DNA of 64,000 bases from Fidelibacterota bacterium (GCA_004124875.1 SCKJ01000003.1:156654-220653), one strand, 5' to 3'. Counted from the first letter of the stretch, positions 39,935-50,019 are shown. A program made the numbers and translations. Notes: generated by a model not told the origin, from the letters alone.

Positions 39935-41461
39935 TCAGCGTAGATTTGGGGGCCGAATATCGTTATCAAGCTTCTGGCCAATCTGAATTACTACTTGAGG
40001 TAACGCCTCAATATCGCCCAGTGTTGTACGAAAATTTACAATGCAGGCTCTCAATAAATATTTTCCGTCCAGTGCTGCGTTCGAGATAAACACCTCGCCT
40101 CCAGCCTGCAGCTGGGTAAGAAGTGATTCGTTCAACTCGTTTAAATAGGCCTCAACTTCTGTGTTTTTATCGGGTAAATCAGTGGGTACGTAGCGGAAGG
40201 TTGTAATACTTAGACTGTGAGACCCAGCCTCGAGATCGGGGGAGTCCTCTGCAATTTGGTAGAGCACTTTTGCCAAGGCAATGTCGTCACCAATCATCTG
40301 GATGTAGCCCTCCTTTCCTACTTGGCGCAATCCTAGCCAAACTTTCAGCGCGCGGAATCCACGAGAATTTTGGAGACCAATTTCATGAAAATTGATAGGC
40401 GGGACATCCTCAGTGCTCGCGAATTTAAAATAGCTTGGGGTATGAGTAAAAGTATCTACCAAGTGCTGGGGATCTCGGACTAGTGCGCAGCCTGCTTCAA
40501 GGGGTGCATAAAGCCATTTATGTGGATCGAGTGCGATTGAATCAGCTTCGGATAATCCCTTCAACTGCACAGAAGCATCGGGCAACATAGCAGCGGGCGC
40601 ACCGTATGCGCCATCTACGTGAAACCACAGATCGTATTTTTTACAAAGGGCCGCAATTGCGGGTAGATCATCAATCGCGCCGGTGCCTACAGTTCCCGCT
40701 GCACCCACAACCATAAATGGCAAAAATCCCTCGTTGCGATCGGTAATGATTTTATTTTCCAGCGCAGCCATTTTCATTTTCTGATCGGAATCTGTCTCAA
40801 TCCAGCGAATTGAGTTACCGCCCATTCCGAACAGCTCGGCTGCTTTATCTATCCATGTATGAGTCTCTTCGGACACGTAAGCGAGGAGCTTCGGATGATC
40901 GCTACTAGCCAAGCCCTCCGTACTAATATCCCATGATGCTTTTGAATTTCGGGCTGCGAGGAAACAGACAAAATTTGCCATGTTGCCGCCACTCACCATA
41001 AGTCCGCCGCAGGTTCTTGGATAACCGATGAGGTCAGCGATCCAGCGAATCAATTGAGCCTCGATTTCACTCGCGATCGGTGATAGAATCGCCGCCCCTA
41101 CATTTGGGTTCACCGCACCAGCCAATAGGTCAGCCAGAATGCCTATAGGAGCTGCAGAGGAGGTGATATATCCCCAAAACCTTGGATGACCATTGTGCAA
41201 CGAATTGTCAAATAGCAGATCAGACACTTCAATGAGCAGATCTTTTGCGGCTGATCCGTTCTCAGGCAAGACGTCCCCACCTAACAGTTCACGAATAGCT
41301 AAATGAGATTTCCCGCTAGTCACTGGTCGCTGCGGCAGATCATCGAGAAACTCGGCGATCTGGTCTACGAGCTGGTGGCCGAGCCTACGAAATTCGCTAC
41401 CGTGAATCTCTAGTGGCATCTCTCGAGCACGTAACTGCATCCTTTGATCATTCTCGATCAT
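39935..41461 (-). CDS. PLP-dependent group II amino-acid decarboxylase (aromatic-L-amino-acid/diaminobutyrate decarboxylase family)
   Basis: 508 aa. SGGNMANFVCFLAARN, the PLP-lysine region SIALDPHKWLYAPLEAGCALVRD, and a HVDGAYGAPAA motif. Embedded in AT-rich island DNA. Confidence 0.8.
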   Translation of the reverse strand: MIENDQRMQLRAREMPLEIHGSEFRRLGHQLVDQIAEFLDDLPQRPVTSGKSHLAIRELLGGDVLPENGSAAKDLLIEVSDLLFDNSLHNGHPRFWGYITSSAAPIGILADLLAGAVNPNVGAAILSPIASEIEAQLIRWIADLIGYPRTCGGLMVSGGNMANFVCFLAARNSKASWDISTEGLASSDHPKLLAYVSEETHTWIDKAAELFGMGGNSIRWIETDSDQKMKMAALENKIITDRNEGFLPFMVVGAAGTVGTGAIDDLPAIAALCKKYDLWFHVDGAYGAPAAMLPDASVQLKGLSEADSIALDPHKWLYAPLEAGCALVRDPQHLVDTFTHTPSYFKFASTEDVPPINFHEIGLQNSRGFRALKVWLGLRQVGKEGYIQMIGDDIALAKVLYQIAEDSPDLEAGSHSLSITTFRYVPTDLPDKNTEVEAYLNELNESLLTQLQAGGEVFISNAALDGKYLLRACIVNFRTTLGDIEALPQVVIQIGQKLDNDIRPPNLR

Positions 41462-41711
41462 TATCTATACCTCAATTCCAATTTGGGGGAGATTTATAAA
41501 TCACAATCTAATCAAAGTTAAACATTGATCCGGAATTATACCATATCCGGGCGGTATCGTTGTGCGCATCAGAGCATTGTGGACCACTCGTCGGTAATTG
41601 CCAATAAACACTTTAGTGGTCGCCTTAGTCACCGCTGGTCACCATTGGCCAAAATTCTGCCTCGTTTTCCAACCTCTTTTTTGGCCTGTCGAGGAGACCC
41701 CAATGATCTGA

Positions 41712-41749
41712 AAATCCATGTGTCGGCGGTTCAATTCCGTCCCGAGCCA
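41712..41749 (+). other. tRNA/tmRNA-like 3' fragment (T-arm plus acceptor 3' strand), probable attachment-site remnant
   Basis: GTCGGCGGTTCAATTCCGTCCCGAGCCA-cta has a T-stem/loop and 3' acceptor resembling the 3' end of tmRNA or a tRNA. No matching 5' acceptor strand lies within 400 nt. The antisense ORF 41625-41825 (..RDGIEPPT..) is the usual artefact of reading through such a sequence. The 30 nt upstream (cgaggagaccccaatgatctgaaaatcca) are repeated at 43283-43314. Confidence 0.5.
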
Positions 41750-41756
41750 CTATAAG

Positions 41757-41790
41757 AAAGGCCCCTTTTCTCGTCGGGAAGAGGGGCCTT
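41757..41790. terminator. GC-rich palindromic hairpin (possible terminator)
   Basis: aaggcccct-(15 nt)-aggggcctt, a 9-bp perfect stem. A T-run (atgcattttc) follows on the plus strand only. Confidence 0.35.
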
Positions 41791-42280
41791 ATGCATTTTC
41801 TAGAGACATTTTTGAGGAGCTTCAAAAGTGGTCAGAATGGGGTACCTATAGGGCGTTTTCTACTCGTTTTCCTTACCCGTTTTTGAAGCGAGTTATTAAT
41901 TTTGTCTAGAACCGATTAAAGGGAATATTAGCTAGAAGACTCTGCATTCTCACGAGCTCACCACTTGATTGAGCTTCACACTCACCAGGTTTTATACATT
42001 ATCTTGTGGGTTTTATCGGGCTGACTGATCCGCCAACAAAGAGCGCTCCAACAGAGGAAGCGTTTTCACCTGAAACCACGGCACCAAATGGTATCTGTGT
42101 CATGAATAGGATGCCCAGAAAGGCTCTCTTAACTTTAATCTCAACCTACCCGAAACGATTTGACGATGTACAGAGTACTACTCCATTAAATATTTGATTC
42201 AAATCTTTACATTTCTGTGACATTAGCATGACAACGTGCTGTTAAACATTTGATAGATTAAGGCAACCAGGGAGGTAATT

Positions 42281-43024
42281 GTGCTACATCGCTTTGGACC
42301 AGTCAGTCTTTTATTGTGCTTGCTGTCTAGCTTCCTTACGGCTCAAAATGTTTCTGAGTCTAAGTACGAAGCAAGTTACAATCCAATGCTCTGGGTGTCT
42401 TACAATCCAAAATCTGACGACATTTTTAATCAGACCTTCACCGTGATAACGAAAAAGATGATTTCGAAAAATGGCTTCGAGTTAATGCGTGGCTACGGGA
42501 TTGGACATCTTGAACATAAGAGCCGCAGATTCCCTTCAGACTTGAGACTCAGTCCAAGAACTATTCGCAGGATACCTGACAAAGAATGGAGCAGACTGAC
42601 AATGGTTTACCAGGAGATGCGGGCCGAACTAGCTAGCGATGGAATCCGGCTTGGGCTGGTGGGTACCTTAGGAATAGGCTATGCAAAATATAGCGGGCAG
42701 CTTTTTGAAACAGTAACGTACTATAACGATATATTGGATGAAACTGAATATGATCAAAGGTTTAAATCATCCTATGACGCGAGTGGAGCCACCTACTTCG
42801 CCAGTCTAGGAGCGCGATTGAATCTTGGGGGGATTGTTGTGGAACTGCGCAAGAATTACGGACCTGGCCACGACCAAACGATTAGATACATATCCTTTAA
42901 TCTTGGCTATGAGACGAGTTCCCTGGGTATATCCATGATTCCTCCTTTCCTCGGGATAGTCGCAGCCATTATGATGAGTCAGCTGACATTTGACTTCGGG
43001 GATTCCTTTAGTGGAGCCCTATAG
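42281..43024 (+). CDS. Hypothetical secreted/outer-membrane beta-rich protein (island cargo)
   Basis: Signal peptide (MLHRFGPVSLLLCLLSSFLTAQ), alternating hydrophobic beta-strand-like segments, and an aromatic C-terminus. AT-rich codon usage. Confidence 0.45.
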   Translation: MLHRFGPVSLLLCLLSSFLTAQNVSESKYEASYNPMLWVSYNPKSDDIFNQTFTVITKKMISKNGFELMRGYGIGHLEHKSRRFPSDLRLSPRTIRRIPDKEWSRLTMVYQEMRAELASDGIRLGLVGTLGIGYAKYSGQLFETVTYYNDILDETEYDQRFKSSYDASGATYFASLGARLNLGGIVVELRKNYGPGHDQTIRYISFNLGYETSSLGISMIPPFLGIVAAIMMSQLTFDFGDSFSGAL

Positions 43025-43586
43025 GATGAAAAGAAGCTTACAATGGCGGCCTTTCAGTATAGCTAGATTGCCTAACTATTTCGCTTTAATCTTTTTTCAC
43101 ACAACTTTTATTCACGGGAACAATTCTGGGCTGATGGGTCAATTCCCGCCTTTCTTCAGGTTAGTTACGTGTACACCAAATATGCTTCAAGACTGATAAA
43201 TCGACATCATCTGGATAGGTCACCTTAAGTCAGCATTGATCAAATTACTGCCACGTTTCCCATACTCTTTTTTATTTTGTCGACGAGACCCAAATGATCT
43301 GAAAATCCACTGCTTAGCGTTCTATTTGGCGTGAGCGGTTAATAATGAGGACCTCAAGAAGGCTTACTAAAGACCGTCCTACAGGTTATTATCTGCTTCC
43401 TACCCCTCTTTTGTTCTGTGGCCGTTATTTAATAGGAACTGGCGCCAGTTTTAGCCAGTGCGTGCCACAAAGTGCCAGAATTGGACATCACTTTATAGCA
43501 CAGTTCGTCTGAGGATGAGAACCTTGGTTCGAGCCGGAGCGATCCCGACATTTCGGGAGAGCGGAGACCTATTGAGCGTAGCGAAA

Positions 43587-43607
43587 TGAATCCGATCCGG
43601 GGTACGA
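43587..43607 (+). other. Isolated copy of the tRNA-Arg 3' end (att-like remnant)
   Basis: gaatccgatccggggtac matches 37875-37892. It is preceded at 43502-43544 by repeat R1. Confidence 0.7.
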
Positions 43608-44074
43608 GAGAGGCAGTCAGTAATCGGCCCTCAGCGGACGCAACCTTCGGATTTGTCTGTCTTTGCCGCACTAACCTGATCCTGGTAGATCTTGTCGCAA
43701 CAAGCCTTGTTCACTGCGTCTGACTGCAGGCCCCCTTTCTATTCGTGCGTAGATGCACGTTCATATCCCGTCAGCATAATTCCTTGCGCATTACACAAAG
43801 TTCTTATGCCAAGCGTTGAAACGTATACCGTCGGGGGGATCGTTCTGAGTTTTACAATTCGAGACGGGTAAAACGACAAATTTCGAGCTGTTTCGCCCGG
43901 TCTCCGTGAGCGGGATATAGTCCCGTTTACGAGGGATTATGAGACAGCGGAACTGCGGCAGGAATTTATTGCCTTCAAATGGGTCAACATTTAGATTCCG
44001 TGCCGCTCCGGTGATGATTATGTTTGTAATCTGTGTGCCGGGATGAAGGCGGCCAACTGGCTGGGGAGACTAAG

Positions 44075-47000
44075 ATGAACGATTCTAGGAAAACCAAAGC
44101 GGAACTCATTGACGAGCTGGTGGACTTGCGAACAAAGGTGAACATGGCCACTGACCAACCCAGCGGCAGCGGCCAGCCTGGAGTTCCCGTCCGTGACCAT
44201 GAGCCGGGCTCCGACGCCGATCAAGAGTTACTGTTCAAGAGCGCCCTGCTTCAGGCCCAGGATAACTTCAATGGTATCCTGGTGGTGGATACCGGTGGTA
44301 AGGTGGTCTCAGCCAACGACCGCATGCGTGAGCTCTGGGCCATCCCGAAGCGCATCTGGAACACCAAGAAAGACGCCCGGCTGTTGGAATACGCCGCAAA
44401 GCTGCTCCGCCATCCCGACGAATTCAAGGAGAAGGTGGCCTACCTGTATGCCCATCCGGAGAAAAAATCGCAGGACGAAATCGAATTAAAGGATGGCCGC
44501 TATTTCGACCGTTATTCAGCGCCGCTCACTGATTTTCAGGGGAATCATTACGGCCGTATCTGGTTCTTCCGGGACATCACCGAGCGCAAGACTGTTGAGC
44601 TGGCCCTTCGGGAAAGCGAGGCGCGGTTTAAGACGATTTTTGAACAAGCGCCTGACGGTATGTATTTGAATGACTTGAAGGGCGTATTCCTCGACGGCAA
44701 CAGGGCTGCGGAGAACCTGCTGGGATATAGTAAAGAGGAACTCGTGGGCAAAAGTTTCCTGAAGCTGGGCTTGCTTTCTCCACTGCAGCTCCCCAAGGCC
44801 GCAAAACTTTTGGCGATGAACGTGTTGGGACACCCGACGGGCCCGGATGAGTTCACGCTAATTCAAAAGGGCGGGGGTCAGCTGCCCGTAGAAATAAGAA
44901 CGTTCCCGGTGACAATAAATAGTACACCTGCCGTGTTGGGCATTGCCCGGGATATCACCGTAAGAAAAGAGGCAGAGAGGGCTCTGAGGGAGAGCGAGGA
45001 GCGGCTACTGACAGTGATGGGACAGGTTCAGGTTGGGATCGGGGTCACCAACAAGGAAGGGTTTCTCCAGTTCTCAAATGCAGCGATGACCAGCCTCACG
45101 GGCTATGCAACCGAAGAAATTATTGGACGAAGACCCACAGACTTCCTGCACCCGGATGACCGGGCAATGGCGAGGCAAAGGATCCGTGACTTGGCGCAGG
45201 GGGCTCCCGAGGCTCCTTCGGAATACAGGCTGATCAAGAAAGATGGTGAGACTGTCCAGATAGAGATTTTCTCGCGCAGAATCGTGTTCAACGAAGAGCC
45301 GGCAATCTTGAGCATTATTTCTGACATCACCGAGCGCAAGGCTTCAGACCAGCGTTTGCGGGAGAGCGAGGAGCGCTACCGCGACTTGTACCACAGTATG
45401 CCTCTGGCCTACTTTTCGGCCGACAGATATGGCATCCTAGCCGACATGAATGAACGCGCCCTGGAATTGACGGGCTACAGCCGGGACGAACTGGTGGGCA
45501 TGCCGGCGATGGAACTTTACGCCGACACGGAGCACGGCAAAGCCAAGGCCATTGCAATAAATGAGCGGGTGTCGGCAGGAGAGCAGGTGAATGGCGCCGA
45601 GATGGAGATGCGACGGGCGGACGGCAGCACCGTGTGGGTGAGCCTTTCCGTGCAGCCAGAGCTGGCCAACCAGCGGCGGCGGGCCATTGTGGAGGATATC
45701 ACCGTACGTAAGGAGGCCGAGAAGGCTCTGCAGGAGAGCCTGACGAACTACCAGTTCCTGCTGAACAACTCGCCCGATCCCGTGTTTGTGAGCCGGATTG
45801 CTGATTTCCGTTTTACAATGGTAAACCAGCGGGCCTGCGACAATTACGGCTACACCGTGGAAGAGTTCCTGGAGATGGAGATATTTGACATTGAGACATA
45901 CGAGCCGGTGCGTGAGGAGGTGCGGGCACTTTATGACAGCACATCCATCGGGCAGGTGCTCAAGGTAGAGGGCATTAACAAGCGCAAGGACGGTACAACC
46001 TTCCCGGTAGATGTGCGGTTCACCAAAATCAATGGTGATCTTGCGTTGGCCATTGTCCGCGACATTTCCGAGCAGATGGAGGCCGAGGGTGCGCTCCAGG
46101 CCGCCCACGATCTGCTGGAACAGCGGGTGGCTGAACGCACTGCAGACCTGAGCGAAACCAACACCCGGCTGGAGCAGGAAGTGGCCGAGCGCAAGCAGGC
46201 GGAAGAGACCATTCGCCAACGGACAGAAGACCTGACGCTGATCAATGATCTGAATAACGCCGTCAATCATGGCGACAGCCTTCAGGATATCATTCAATTG
46301 TTATCCCGGGAGACCGCACGGATGTTCTCGGCCCTCGGGGCAGCCGTCTATCTGCTCACTGACGACGATAAATACTTGACCATGCAGAACCTCCCGCTTA
46401 AGCCGGCAGTCGTGAAGCGGGTCGAAAAAATTATCGGTATCAAACTGCCAAGGTTGAAAATACCGCTGAAAACAGCGAGTCTCCACTTGGAGACCATCCA
46501 ATCGCAAAAACCTCATCTATTCAACGATCCCGAAACAATTAAGCGCTGGGCCATGGAATTTGTGGATGATGTGAATTTGCCCCTAAAGAGTTTGCGGTTG
46601 CCGGTACTGAAGCTTGTTCCACAGGTACTAAAAATTATCGGCATCCGTTCGACCATGGTACAGCCATTGGTTTCTCATGGGAAAATTATTGGCCTGCTGG
46701 ATATTTCGAAGAAAAAGGCCTTCTCTGAAGCTGATTTGCGGCGCTTCGGTTTCATTGCCGGGCAGATGACCACCCTGATCAACCGCAAACAGGCTGAAGA
46801 GGAAATCAATGCAAGGAATGAAGAACTTGCCCACCTGCACCATCTCGATGAACTCAGCCTCTCCGGAGCCGGGCCACACGAACTTGCCGAAGCATTTTCA
46901 GATAGAATTGTGGAACTATTCGGCGGTTACGGCACGGAGGTCTATTTCCTGACGCCCGACGGTAGTGAAATGGTTCTTCAGAATATCGGCCTAAAAAAGA

Positions 47001-48886
47001 GTGCGCGCGTAAAATTAGAAAAGCTTCTAGGGGATACAATCAAGAATGCCCGCTTCTTCACTGCGAAGGTCAGAGCCTTCCAAAGGGTGATCGAGTCCCG
47101 GGAACCTCTCTTTCTAAACGACGACCAGGAAATAAAGGGTCACATCAAGGATCTGCTACACGCTTGGAATAAGGCAAAAGGGTGGAGAGGCAGGGTTCTG
47201 GTCGCCTTGTTGGACAAAGTCACGAAAATTCTCGACGCACCCACTTTCTTGATTATACCCTTGCGGTCTGAAGATGACGTACTGGGTGCCGTACAAATCA
47301 TGACGCGTGGTGATTTGAGCACCTATGATAAGGGCCACATTCTCCGTACCGCCAGTCACCTGAGCAGCCTTATCATGCGAGCCCGGGCTGAGGCAGCCCT
47401 TAGTGAACAGGCTCAGATTCTCCAGCAGGTTCATGAGGCCGTCATTGTCTCCGATCTCAACAAAATGATTACCTTCTGGAACAAGGGAGCCCAGGAGCTT
47501 TTCGGATACGATAGCAATGATGCGTTGAACCTGCAAATCAATTTCCTCATCGTAGATGACGAAAAGGAAGTCGGGATGGACGGTGCCCGGCAGGAGGCGC
47601 TGCAGCAGGGTCAGGCCACCATCGAATGGAGAATGCGCAAAAATAGCGGCGAGACTTTCGTGGCTCGCATCACTTTAACGCCCTACAAGTCTCAGGGGGG
47701 CAAGACACTGGGGATTATCCGTACGATTACGGATATCACTCAACAGAGAAAGCTCGAGGAAGAGCAGCTACGCAGCCAGAAACTCGAGTCCCTCGGAATC
47801 CTCGCGGGCGGGTTGGCCCACGACTTCAACAACCTTCTCACGGGCATCACGCTGAATGTGGGCACAGCACGCGTCGCCAGCCAGGACCCGGAGGTCGTTG
47901 AGCGACTGAGGCAGGTAGATGTGTCCATCGGCCAAGCCCGGGGCATTACACAGCAGCTGCTTACTTTCTCCAGAGGGGGTAGCCCCATTCTCCAGCCGGG
48001 AGATATCAGACCGGTCATCAGGGAGGGAATTGCGTTTGCTCTGCACGGCACCAAAGCCTTGGCAAAACTGGATATCGAGAAGGATCTTGACTGGGTGGTG
48101 ATGGATGAGAATCAGATCAACCAGGTCATTAACAACCTGACTATCAACGCGGCCCAGTCCATGCCCTCGGGGGGCCGGGTTACGGTGCGCGTCCGTAACA
48201 TCCGGGTGCGCAAGAACGACGACCGTCCGCTGAGCCCGGGCCGGTATGTCCAGGTAAGCATCGGCGATGAAGGCACGGGCATCGTGCCGGAGGTTATGGA
48301 CTTCATCTTCGACCCCTACTTTACCACCAAAAATATAGGCAACGGTCTGGGGCTGACCTCCTGCCATAGTATTATCGAAAAGCACGGCGGGTGGATTTCG
48401 GCGGAGTCGGAAGTCGGACGAGGCTCAACATTTACCTTTTATTTGCCGGCAAGTGTCAGCAGGGAACGGCGGGCGGCCGAGTCTCCGAAAGCCGTTGGAA
48501 ACAGCCATGGGCACATCCTGGTGATGGACGATGACGACATGGTGCGGCGGGGGTTTCAAGCGATTCTGGAGCTGCTGGGCAACACGGTGGTGACAACCGG
48601 CGATGGTGACGGGGCGGTGACGGCTTATCAGGAGGCGCTGGAGGCGGGCACGCCATTCCACGCGGTGATCCTGGATTTGACCATACCGGGGGGCGTCGGT
48701 GGAGAAGGGGTTCTCAAGCGGCTGCAGGAGTTGGATTCCGAGGTGCGGGCCATCGTCTGCAGCGGTTACGCCACTGACCCTGTAATGGCTAATTTCCGGG
48801 AGCACGGCTTCCGGGCGGTGCTGGTAAAGCCATTCAAGGAGCAGCAGTTGCATGAAGTGCTGGACGAGGTGCTGGCGCCGTCCTAG
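44075..48886 (+). CDS. Multi-sensor hybrid histidine kinase/response regulator (tandem PAS and GAF domains, HisKA, HATPase_c, REC)
   Basis: At least six PAS-like modules separated by the recurring linker ITERK/VRKEAE-x-ALRESEER, plus GAF-like segments. H-box LAGGLAHDFNNLLTGI; ATPase region (NLTINAAQSM...GTGI...GLGL); C-terminal receiver (ILVMDDDDMVRRG...VILDLTIPGG...LVKPF). Start set at MNDSRK (44075), preceded by GGGGAG. Confidence 0.85.
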   Translation: MNDSRKTKAELIDELVDLRTKVNMATDQPSGSGQPGVPVRDHEPGSDADQELLFKSALLQAQDNFNGILVVDTGGKVVSANDRMRELWAIPKRIWNTKKDARLLEYAAKLLRHPDEFKEKVAYLYAHPEKKSQDEIELKDGRYFDRYSAPLTDFQGNHYGRIWFFRDITERKTVELALRESEARFKTIFEQAPDGMYLNDLKGVFLDGNRAAENLLGYSKEELVGKSFLKLGLLSPLQLPKAAKLLAMNVLGHPTGPDEFTLIQKGGGQLPVEIRTFPVTINSTPAVLGIARDITVRKEAERALRESEERLLTVMGQVQVGIGVTNKEGFLQFSNAAMTSLTGYATEEIIGRRPTDFLHPDDRAMARQRIRDLAQGAPEAPSEYRLIKKDGETVQIEIFSRRIVFNEEPAILSIISDITERKASDQRLRESEERYRDLYHSMPLAYFSADRYGILADMNERALELTGYSRDELVGMPAMELYADTEHGKAKAIAINERVSAGEQVNGAEMEMRRADGSTVWVSLSVQPELANQRRRAIVEDITVRKEAEKALQESLTNYQFLLNNSPDPVFVSRIADFRFTMVNQRACDNYGYTVEEFLEMEIFDIETYEPVREEVRALYDSTSIGQVLKVEGINKRKDGTTFPVDVRFTKINGDLALAIVRDISEQMEAEGALQAAHDLLEQRVAERTADLSETNTRLEQEVAERKQAEETIRQRTEDLTLINDLNNAVNHGDSLQDIIQLLSRETARMFSALGAAVYLLTDDDKYLTMQNLPLKPAVVKRVEKIIGIKLPRLKIPLKTASLHLETIQSQKPHLFNDPETIKRWAMEFVDDVNLPLKSLRLPVLKLVPQVLKIIGIRSTMVQPLVSHGKIIGLLDISKKKAFSEADLRRFGFIAGQMTTLINRKQAEEEINARNEELAHLHHLDELSLSGAGPHELAEAFSDRIVELFGGYGTEVYFLTPDGSEMVLQNIGLKKSARVKLEKLLGDTIKNARFFTAKVRAFQRVIESREPLFLNDDQEIKGHIKDLLHAWNKAKGWRGRVLVALLDKVTKILDAPTFLIIPLRSEDDVLGAVQIMTRGDLSTYDKGHILRTASHLSSLIMRARAEAALSEQAQILQQVHEAVIVSDLNKMITFWNKGAQELFGYDSNDALNLQINFLIVDDEKEVGMDGARQEALQQGQATIEWRMRKNSGETFVARITLTPYKSQGGKTLGIIRTITDITQQRKLEEEQLRSQKLESLGILAGGLAHDFNNLLTGITLNVGTARVASQDPEVVERLRQVDVSIGQARGITQQLLTFSRGGSPILQPGDIRPVIREGIAFALHGTKALAKLDIEKDLDWVVMDENQINQVINNLTINAAQSMPSGGRVTVRVRNIRVRKNDDRPLSPGRYVQVSIGDEGTGIVPEVMDFIFDPYFTTKNIGNGLGLTSCHSIIEKHGGWISAESEVGRGSTFTFYLPASVSRERRAAESPKAVGNSHGHILVMDDDDMVRRGFQAILELLGNTVVTTGDGDGAVTAYQEALEAGTPFHAVILDLTIPGGVGGEGVLKRLQELDSEVRAIVCSGYATDPVMANFREHGFRAVLVKPFKEQQLHEVLDEVLAPS

Positions 48887-49116
48887 AGCGCGCAACTTTT
48901 GTCCCATCCCGGACTGGCGTGGTTGGCTCACTTATGGCACTCTTGAGGACGGCTCTCCACGGTGGACCTGAGCTCCTCTCCGTCCGGCCGGACAGGTAAG
49001 CCGTAGGTCATCGGCCCGAATGTGTCAGGCGTCGCATGGCGCAGTCTGATAGTAGCCAGGATATTGGGAGCAACCGCTGAGCGCCAACGGCTCTGCCGCG
49101 ACAGTCCAGGATTGCC

Positions 49117-49857
49117 CTACAGCATGAGAAGCCCTTCTTTCCAAGAGAGATCGGGCTCGGGAATGGGCGGCTGCAACCGCGAAAACAGACTCTTGGGGAC
49201 GCCAATATCCGCCAGATAGAGTTCACCCACATGCGACTTCGCCCCGCGGGCCAGCAAACCGACTTTGGGCAGGGCCAAGGTCATCGTGGCGGTGGCTTTC
49301 ACGCACAGGGCGTATTGCAGGCCCAGGTTGGCATCCATACCACTGGGCAGATCGAGCGACAGCACCGGCGCAGACTGATGATTAACCCACACTGCCAGGT
49401 CGGCAATATCACCTCTCAACGCTCCAGCAAGGCCGTAGCCAACCATGCCGTCAATGATCAAATGCTGTTGTGGCAGCGCGCCGACCTCGCGGGCAGATAT
49501 GACGGGAACTTCCAGGCGGCCCAGGATATCCAACTGCTGGCGGGCCGCTGAGCCGGGGCCCGGTTCACCGGCCAGGACTGTCGTTACCCGGCATCCCCAA
49601 CCGGACAGCAATCTGGCGCAGGCCATAGCGCCGCCGCCATTGCCGCCCCGGCCTGCAAGAATGGCAACGCGCTTTCCGGCGGCGTCCCCATCCAAAAATC
49701 GTTTGCCCGCTAAAGCTGCCAGGCGATACCCGGCCTGCTCCATCATCTGCATCAAGGATATGCCCAAATCGACCGTCATGATGCGGTCAACTTCCAGCAT
49801 TTGCTCGCGGGTTATGGCGGGAACGGCTTGCCCGCTATGTTCGATTTTCAAGGCCAA
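49117..49857 (-). CDS. NAD(P)H-hydrate epimerase (stand-alone YjeF N-terminal domain)
   Basis: VAILAGRGGNGGGAMACARLL matches the YjeF-N GxGNNGGDG motif region. At 246 aa there is no C-terminal dehydratase domain. Confidence 0.7.
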   Translation of the reverse strand: MALKIEHSGQAVPAITREQMLEVDRIMTVDLGISLMQMMEQAGYRLAALAGKRFLDGDAAGKRVAILAGRGGNGGGAMACARLLSGWGCRVTTVLAGEPGPGSAARQQLDILGRLEVPVISAREVGALPQQHLIIDGMVGYGLAGALRGDIADLAVWVNHQSAPVLSLDLPSGMDANLGLQYALCVKATATMTLALPKVGLLARGAKSHVGELYLADIGVPKSLFSRLQPPIPEPDLSWKEGLLML

Positions 49858-50019
49858 CTAATGACTCTCCGGTTGCGTATCAATGGCGCGCTTACCTTTA
49901 GCTGCCGTTGCTTGCTAAGCGCGCCCTTCCGTCGCCGCACGCTGGGCAACTTGTGGGTCAGGACGGCCTGAGCGGCGGCGCTGCCCCTGGAATCGCCGGG
50001 CCGGATGGCGGGTCAGCCG

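Noticed and set aside
41625-41825. Minus-strand 66-aa ORF (…ARDGIEPPTHGFSD…)
   Set aside because: It is the classic spurious translation across a tRNA-like T-arm/acceptor sequence, and it overlaps the tRNA/tmRNA-like fragment and the hairpin.
44033-44074. Upstream start MCRDEGGQLAGETK for the histidine kinase
   Set aside because: An RBS-like GGGGAG precedes the internal ATG at 44075 (MNDSRK). The extension is short and unconserved-looking, so the internal start is preferred.
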